DNA from: Selaginella moellendorffii
Lineage: Eukaryota; Plantae; Lycopodiophyta
DNA length: 64,000 bases
Direction of reading: 5' to 3'
Assembly (NCBI RefSeq): GCF_000143415.4
Contig: NW_003314308.1
Coordinates: forward strand, 1,158,654-1,222,653
The translations under genes were made by a program, and so were the position numbers. This document shows positions 56,485 through 64,000 of this stretch, piece after piece; the stretch's first letter is position 1; each line of letters opens with the position of its first letter. The notes under the pieces are model-generated. The model saw only the letters and a program-made list of their open reading frames with translations, made no database searches and had not been told where the DNA came from.

Positions 56485-58906
56485 CTAGGCTAGGATTCCG
56501 AGGTCACTAAGCACATTAAACACGCCCATGGTACCCTGTCTTGCAACCATCTTCACTGGCTCCACCACCATCGAGTTGTCTTGGCTCAAAGACGGTGAAG
56601 CGAACGGCTTTCCGGCACACTCATCGCTGAGGAGAGCCAAAAGATGGCGCAGCTCCGTGATCTTGCTGGAGAATGCGCCCACTGTCATTGGAAATGGAAC
56701 GACTTTGTTCTCGCTCATTGAAATTAGCATCGTTCTCACGGCCGCGTCCTCACTCGTCAGAGCTCTCAGCATTCCTGCCACGATCTATGTACATGCACAA
56801 AGAAAGACAAAGAGCAGGGTTTAGATCTTGATCGAGAGAGATGGCGTGTTTTACCGCCTTTGAAGCCTCGTTTTCCAGCTGGGGAAGAATCGCCTCAGCA
56901 AGCGAAGGTGCCATAGGGGACATGACAAAAGATGCCAAAAGAACTCTCTCGGGGCTTCCAAACGCATCGAATTCGGGTGGAAGTTTCTGGCCAATCGCCG
57001 CCTGGAGGATTCCAGAGAAAGCTTGCCTTCCAACGTTCATGCGTGGCCTTGCAACAGCTCGGTTTGTCAAGAACTGGGACAGCACACTGCACCCAAGGAA
57101 GAAGAGGGAAAAGTAAGAAACAAAAACACAAAATTTGACCAACCTGATGTGATCTAGCTGATGAACAGCAAATTCGTTCATTAGCTTGTGCACCAGCGAA
57201 GAGGTTTGGGAAGAATTGTGGTTACTCATGTGAAAGGTGCCACCATTGGCTACCGTCACGTAAAACTGGGAGAGTATGTATTCCATCTTGAGGAGGCTGT
57301 TGAGAAGTCGGGTATCAGTGTCACTCAATGATGTTGGTGTTTCCAAACGCCTACAGCTGGTCGTTCTTCCTCCAAGGGGGTTGTAACTTGGTGGCGGTAA
57401 CTCATAACTGGGCGGAGGTGGTGGCGATGAAGGCTCATAGCTTGGTGATGGTGCCGGTGGTGGCGGTGACTCGTAGCTCGGTGACGGTGGTGGTGGATAC
57501 TCAGGCGGTGGTGGACTGGAGTAACTTGGTGGTGGAGCATAACGTGTTGGTGGTGGTGAATACTCAGGTGGAGGTGGTGGACTGGAGTAATTTGATGGCG
57601 GAGTTGGTGGCTCATAGCTCGGTGACGGGGGTGGTGGATACTCAGGTGGCGGCGGTGGACTGGAGTAACCTGGTGGCGGGGTTGGTGGCCCATAGCTTGG
57701 TGACGCCGGTGGTGGATACTCAGGTGGTGGCGGTGGACTGGAGTAACCTGGTGACGGTGGTGGCGGTGGACTAGAGTAACTTGGTGGCGGAGTTGGTGGC
57801 TCATAGCTTGGTGACGCCGGTGGTGGATACTCAGGTGGTGGCGGTGGACTGGAGTAACCTGGTGACGGTGGAGGCGGTGGACTAGAGTAACTTGGTGGCG
57901 GAGTTGGTGGCTCATAGCTTGGTGATGGCGGTGGTGGATACTCAGCTGGTGGCTGTGGACTGGAGTAACCTGGTGACGGTGGTGGCGGTGGACTAGAGTA
58001 ACTTGGTGGCGGAGTTGGTGGCTCATAGCTTGGTGACGCCGGTGGTGGATACTCAGGTGGTGGCGGTGGACTGGAGTAACCTGGTGACGGTGGTGGCGGT
58101 GGACTAGAGTAACTTGGTGGCAGAGTTGGTGGCTCATAGCTGAGTGATGGTGGTGGTGGATACTCAAGTGGCGGCGGTGGACTGGAGTAACCTGGTGACA
58201 GTGGTGGCGGTGGAGAGTAACTTGGTGGCGGAGTGGGTGGCTCATAGCTTGGTGACGGCGGTGGTGGTGGATACTCAAGTGGTGGCGGTGGACTAGAGTA
58301 ACTTGGTGGCGAAGTTGGTGGTTCATAGCTTAGTGGCGGTGGTGGTGAATACCCAGGTGGTGGCGGTGGACTGGAGTAACTTGGTGGCGGAGTTAGTGAT
58401 AACGTTGGTGGTGGCGGTGGACTGGAGAAACTTGGTGGTGGAGTTAGCGATAATGCTGGTGGTGGCGGTGGACTGGAGTAACCTGGTGGCGGAATTGGTG
58501 AGCTTGGTGACGGTGGTGGATACTCAGGTGGTGGCGGTGGACTGGAGTAACTTGGTGGAGGAGTTGGTGGCTCATAGCTTACTGACGGTGGTGGCGGTGG
58601 ACTGGAGTAACTTGGTGGTGGAGATGGTGGCTCATAGCTTAGTGACGGTGGTGGTGGTGGATACTCAGGTGGCAGCGGCGGACTGGAGTAACTTGGTGGC
58701 GGTGTTGGTGGCTCTGATGGTGGTGGCTCATAGCTTGGTGACGGTGGTGGTGAATACCCAGGTGGTGGCGGTGGACTGGAGTTACTTGGTGGCGGAGGCG
58801 GTGGGTCGTCCTTCACTAAGTGTGTTAGTCGAGCTGCACTGCCTGCAACAGAAGATGTCACACACAGCACTAACAGCAGCAACCTGATCATAGAGAACGA
58901 CTCCAT
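56485..58906 (-). CDS. Chimeric extensin + PCC13-62/ferritin-like secreted protein, 3 exons
   Basis: Signal peptide; ~480 aa of YSSPPPP/SYEPP/EYPPP repeats; then LLNSLLKMEY..QFY...EF..HQLDH...RP.MNV...FDAFG...LLASF...VAGML....EDAAVRT. Confidence 0.88.
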
Positions 58907-59386
58907 GATTCGACACGGAATGGTGTGATGCCGCTGCTCTAATGAGCCACGGTTTTATACTGCGTAACACCATGCACACATTCCACAATTCAACATTACA
59001 AGCATGGAAAGTCATCCGCATTTAGCAAAAGTAGTGAACGGGCTTTACGTTTTTGGAACTTCCACTTTGCCAATCTAGGCATCCTTGCTTGAATATCAAG
59101 AAGTTCTATGGAGCTTCATGGCATGAAGGCTTTATCCACGAACTATGTGATGCTAGATCACGCCCCTCTTTACATTAAAAGTCACGTCTTTCAGTTTGAA
59201 ACAAATCCCACTAAACGATCTTTTAATTTCATCCTTGCTAGCAAACTGGATAGTATAAGCTGGTCGTTTTTTCCTCGTCCCGACCCTGTGTGTATGTTAA
59301 AACTCGGAGAAACAAAACTCCATTGGCCGCTCTAAAAGAAAGATGACTATAAAAACTTCCCTGGCCTTCGATCTTTTGTTAGACTT

Positions 59387-61380
59387 TCATTGTATGGTGC
59401 AGCTACCTTGCTGGCTTCTGTACGAGAAAGAACAAAGCTCAGGTTGAAAGACAACTACTTGTGACACTTACTTTGGTCTGGGATGATACTCCGGGAGCGT
59501 GTCCAGGTATTTTAGCCAGAACGGCCCAGCTTCAGCACTATCTACACACAGAGGCCCACCTCTGTACGACTGGACGATGAACTGGTCACTTCTCGTCCTG
59601 CCTTGCTCAGAGTTAGACATAGAAGTGGATGATTCTTTCCACACGAACCTGTTCTTGTAACCTGCCAACCAGGAGACATACGCCGCTCCAAAATACATCG
59701 ACACAAAGGGCTTAGTTAAGTCTTCGCATGATCTTAGCCTGTATGACTTGTACCCCAAATCTCTGACAGGGAGAACAAAGCAAATAAAAAACATGTAAGG
59801 AATGATGCACAATTTGCTTACGAATAGAGCCATAACGCGGTGGTATATGGCGTCTGCATTAGTCCTGTCGGAGATTCCAGCCCGAACAAAAGCCTTTTAC
59901 TGCTGATATCTGCTAACGTGCAAAGCATAGCCTGACAAAGGAACAAACAAAATCAAGCATAGATTTATAAAGGCATGAAAGAAAATTCCGCTTACTGGGC
60001 TAATTCCTCTGTCAGTAAAGTATCTCGATACGATTATTCCTGCAATGGCCTAGAAGAACATAGAGATTTAGACACGCGAAGTAAAATACAGGTTTTACCT
60101 TCAACTCTGTCCTTGTAACAAAAGGTCGCATCTGAGTATCACGGGAAAAGCGCACTTTTCCTGGTTTTTCTCCTGCCTTGGTCCATTCCTTTTTCACATC
60201 TGGTTGTCTCCACATTTCTGCCATGTCCTGTGCCGAAGTTCTTTCCTCCCAATAAATCCACTGGCGTCCTAAAACAACGCAAAAACAAATAAAATACTCT
60301 GGGGACGTAACAACAAAAGTTTACCTGGTGAAGGACTCGGTTGCACTGCAGCGGAACCCAGATGAGCAGGAGCTGGCGTTGAAGCAGGCGAGTCAAGAAC
60401 AGGCAACTCCCTGATGCAAAACGAAAGTAAACATCTGATCCATGTCGTTTGAGATAGTATTACCTTCCAATAGGTAGGTTCTGCTTGGCTTGTAAGTAAC
60501 GGTTCCAATAACCGAGAGTGAACTTGCTTGTCGCATGCTTCGGTCCTGAGTTATATGCCCGAACCATGAACTCTTCACTCCGCCTCCTACAGTGGCATTG
60601 CATAAGTCAAAGAACCGCTAGCTAAAAACTATTAGCTTACTTATGCTCGTAAGTAGACAACCATTTCAAATATGCCGCTCCAAAGTAGACACAGACAAAA
60701 GGTCTGTAGAGCATGTCAGCAGAATAGGCATTGAAGCTCATGTCCCTATGGAAACAATTTTATTTGCGTTCGGTTACGAGGAAACCAAGGAGAGCTCAGA
60801 AAACAACACTTACTTGGCTAGCCATTCAGCCGTGGACGCTAACACTTGCATAAGACCCGTGCTTGCTTCCTTTAGCTTGGGCTCATAGCGATGTGCTAGA
60901 GGTTGACGATGGCTCTCGATCTCCGCAATAGCGCAAATCATCGACTGCATTGTCAAACAAAGAAGAAGACAAAAATCCATCAATCCAGCAACAGGCACAA
61001 AAAAGAACAAGAACTTACTGGACAAAAATCCATCAATCCAGCAACAGGCATAAAAAAGAACAAGAACTTACTGGATCGAGCCTTCGCTTGAAGTGCCTTC
61101 CAATGATAAGCTCCGCCACAGCCTATACCAGAAAGCACGGACAAGAAGAGCTTGCGTTAGCTATGGTAGCGTGCAAGAGAAAGTAAGAAAGGAGCTTTCT
61201 TACCCGCATTTCCGTTTGAGTGAGGTATGGATGGCCGTCCGGATTTCTCGACATATGAACCTTGCTTCCTGGAGCTTCCCCGGCGGCGATCCACTCCTTG
61301 CGGACATCGACATGCGACCACATCGCGAGCATGTCCTCGGGATCCACACAGTCATCCCAATATTTCATGCCCGGCGGCAT
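59387..61380 (-). CDS. Plant lytic-transglycosylase-like (SLT) protein with two domains and C-terminal CaaX
   Basis: ICAIAEIES, TGLMQ, YFGAAYL, RAYNSGP in domain 1; second repeat TGLMQ/YFGAAY/SYRGGP; last exon KSQQGSCTIQ*. Confidence 0.88.
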
Positions 61381-61959
61381 TTTCGAGCTCGCGATCTCAA
61401 GACGGCATTCAGCGCCGCGCTGCGACTGGCAAGATCCTGGAGCTGGAGGAGCCGGAGAGGCGCTTCCGGGAGCGCGGAATTGGGGAGAGATCGGCCTCGC
61501 CTACCTGATGCTGGCGCTGGTGCTGCGCAGCTCCGCGGCGCGCTGGAGGATTCCTCGCGAACCCTCGCTCTCCCCCTTCCCCCAAACCCTAAATACTTCC
61601 ACACGCGATTTCCTCTTCATCGTTTTTTTTTGCATGCGTCTTGTGCCCTTCTCGCTTCTTCCATGGCATTTTTTTATGCCAGAAATTTTTTCCACGGCAC
61701 CGTTAGGGCAGGCCCGAGATCGTGCCACGTGCAGCCCGGAACTGCCGCCACGTGGCAAAGTCTTGGCTTAGAAAGAACCATGTCTTTGTGGTTTTTTTAA
61801 TGGAGTCATGGATCAACTCTTTCTTCCAAAGTGGAGCATTTCCTTGTAACCACTAAGAGGGAATTTTGACTTTAACATGAGTGTTTCCCTGCTATATAAG
61901 ATTAGCTTCCCTAGGCAAAGAGTGTGTAGAAAAGCACACAATTATAAGTTTTGAGAAGA

Positions 61960-62172
61960 ATGAAGAGCAAGAGCATGGGCAAAAGTGCGTTTCTTTTGTT
62001 GTCACTGATGGCATTTTGGATTGTGTTGCTGCTTCTTGCACCAAATTTTGCTGCTGCTACTGCTAGAAATCCCACTAAGGATGCGGTTTCTGCCAGAGGA
62101 GCGCCTGGTGCATCTTACCACTTGGAGCACAACGACATAAACGAGCGCGGCAGACATCCCCCACGCCCTTGA
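61960..62172 (+). CDS. Putative small secreted peptide precursor (70 aa)
   Basis: Signal peptide ending AAATA/R; Pro/His/Arg C-terminus NDINERGRHPPRP*; TATATAA at ~61893. Confidence 0.65.
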   Translation: MKSKSMGKSAFLLLSLMAFWIVLLLLAPNFAAATARNPTKDAVSARGAPGASYHLEHNDINERGRHPPRP

Positions 62173-62369
62173 ATCCAGTATGTGTTACCAAAGTCTTATA
62201 AAGATATGGACAAGCTTGCGAAATAGACGATACATAATCTGGCCACAAGTCACCAAAAATAAAAATTGGTTTAAGGTGTGAATGTCTCAAGTCTGTCAGT
62301 CTCTCCTCAAAGATCAAGATCTAGTCAACTGCCAGTCCACAAAGGTCAAAATGTTTGACTAGCCATATA

Positions 62370-62885
62370 AAGCATCAATATAGTCTGGACTGGAGAAAAG
62401 AAGATCAACTGGAATGTCTCAGCCCTTACAATTTGGAAGGCTGTGAAGAACTTGCAAGAAAAGCAAGCTCCACTTTTTCCACTACAGGGTGAGATATTTA
62501 GCTAGAAATTGTATACTACCAATTTCAAACATTGTAGCTTTCCAAGACAGGATATATGAAAATTGATGCAAAATGGAAAGAACTACCTGAGGAATTTTCA
62601 CGAAATTAATTAGAGATTCAATTTTTTTTTTTTTTTTTATGAAGCATCAATAGAGTCTGGACTGGAGAAACGAAGATCAGCCCTTACAATTTGGAAGGCT
62701 CCGAAGAACTTGCAAGAAAGCAAGCTCCCCTTTTCCTACTACTGGGTGAGATATTTGGTGAATTTTAGCTAGAAATTGTATACTACCAATTTCAAACATT
62801 GTAGCTTTCCGAGACAGGATATATGAAAATTGATGCAAATGGAAATATACTACAATTAGAGATTCAATTTTCTTTTTTCTTTTTC
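62370..62885. repeat. ~270-bp tandem duplication
   Basis: AGCATCAATA.AGTCTGGACTGGAGAAA...CAGCCCTTACAATTTGGAAGG... at ~62371 and ~62643, each ending in a T-tract. Confidence 0.9.
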
Positions 62886-64000
62886 CAAGTTTTTCAACGA
62901 AATCTCTAAGAGAACTCAAAAAAGATGTGTACAGCAAACTCGTGAACTTTAGATTTGGCATATAAAATACTTTCTCCTATACACTTGCACTGTACAAATA
63001 CAAAGGGCCTGGCCGTACGCTTCTTGCAAGCTGGCGGTCACAAGCATTGGTTGTGTCATATGGTGGTTGGCGCCTGGCGTCAGCGGCGGAGGGGACAACG
63101 TGGCATCCAGTACGGAGGAGACTCCCGTACGGGGGAATCTCCCCCGGATTCCCTGGGAATCTCCTGTCGCCCCTGCAACACCAGCCTTGTCGTTGCCCCG
63201 CTGAAGCGCAATAAAAACAAGGCGCAGGAAGAAACGAGGAACTTTGCGACACTGACAAACACAGGAAAAAGCAAAGCGACGGTTTGGTGGTGGCAATGGA
63301 AAACAATGCCCAAATTCAATTCAAGCTATAATCAATTGCTGCCAGGAGAAAAACATTATAAAAACAATGGTTTTGATGCAAGGATTACATACATACCTTT
63401 AGTTTTTTCATTCTTCTTCTCAGACTTCTTCTCCTTGGCTTGGCTTGAGAATCAAATCCCTGCCTGCAACAACATTACAATAAAACTAATGGCCCCTGCT
63501 GTGGATCTGATATTGTTGGTGAGAAAAGAAGGGGCGCTTTGAAGCTTTTAGAATGAAGTGAAAAGAGAGGTTCGTTCTTATCTAAAAGCCATACTCCGGC
63601 GGGGCAAAAGGATAGATTTAAGTAGTTCTTTGATGTCGCTAGTTAAGATCCAAGCGTTGTTCCTTGACAATGGATCTGGATTTCCGGATGCAACCTTCTC
63701 CTTTTTCTTTTTGGCCTTCGGCTGTTGATTGTCTCGCCAGAAGCCAGCAAGTAGCGCAGCCAGCGAGCATCAATCAATCAGCTCACTAGAAAGGAAGGAA
63801 TAAAAAAAAAGCCAAGAGAGGAGCAAACCTTTGAGCTTGGCTGCTGCCTACAGCACGACACATTTATAAAGCGACCTTCGTACGCGTGTATTCCGCTTCT
63901 TGCTTTGTTGTTTGCCTTTACTTGCTTGCCTTGGTGCTCGCTCACTCGCTCCCTTCCACTAGAGGAGAGTCCCTGTGAGAGAAGGAGAGCGTAAGTTAGC

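Noticed and set aside
57325-58887. His-rich and Val-rich alternative ORFs
   Set aside because: Alternative frames of the extensin repeat

Overview
Gene-dense land-plant nuclear DNA with very short GT-AG introns (~50-70 bp) and many PLS-class PPR genes. It is most consistent with a lycophyte such as Selaginella moellendorffii; this is inferred from gene content and intron size, not from a database search. Genes from left to right: B-box (BBX) gene start, UEV1, microbial-type SDR, EBS/SHL BAH-PHD, TPR-SET, atypical Dof, PPR, isocitrate lyase, RRP7, PPR, MAKR-like protein, fasciclin-like AGP and PPR. Next comes an extremely compact RPN12 / mito-S33 / mito-S21 / small-ORF cluster, a conserved Lys/Glu-rich gene and MIR166. 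A decayed island (~33.2-45.6 kb) holds PPR pseudogenes, an intron-containing Merlin/IS1595-type transposase, and a NIF phosphatase pseudogene interrupted by a TRIM that is itself interrupted by a 5S-rRNA-carrying Cassandra-like element. The right part has an LRL bHLH, a secreted cyanovirin-N homolog, MIR171, a CRK pseudogene plus intact CRK, a PCC13-62 pseudogene facing an extensin-PCC13-62 chimera, a double lytic-transglycosylase gene ending in CaaX and a small secreted peptide. The most notable findings are the Merlin-type transposon in a land plant, the nested Cassandra-like/TRIM structure, the candidate polycistronic mitoribosomal pair and the extensin-ferritin-like fusion. All alignments and splice models were made by eye.
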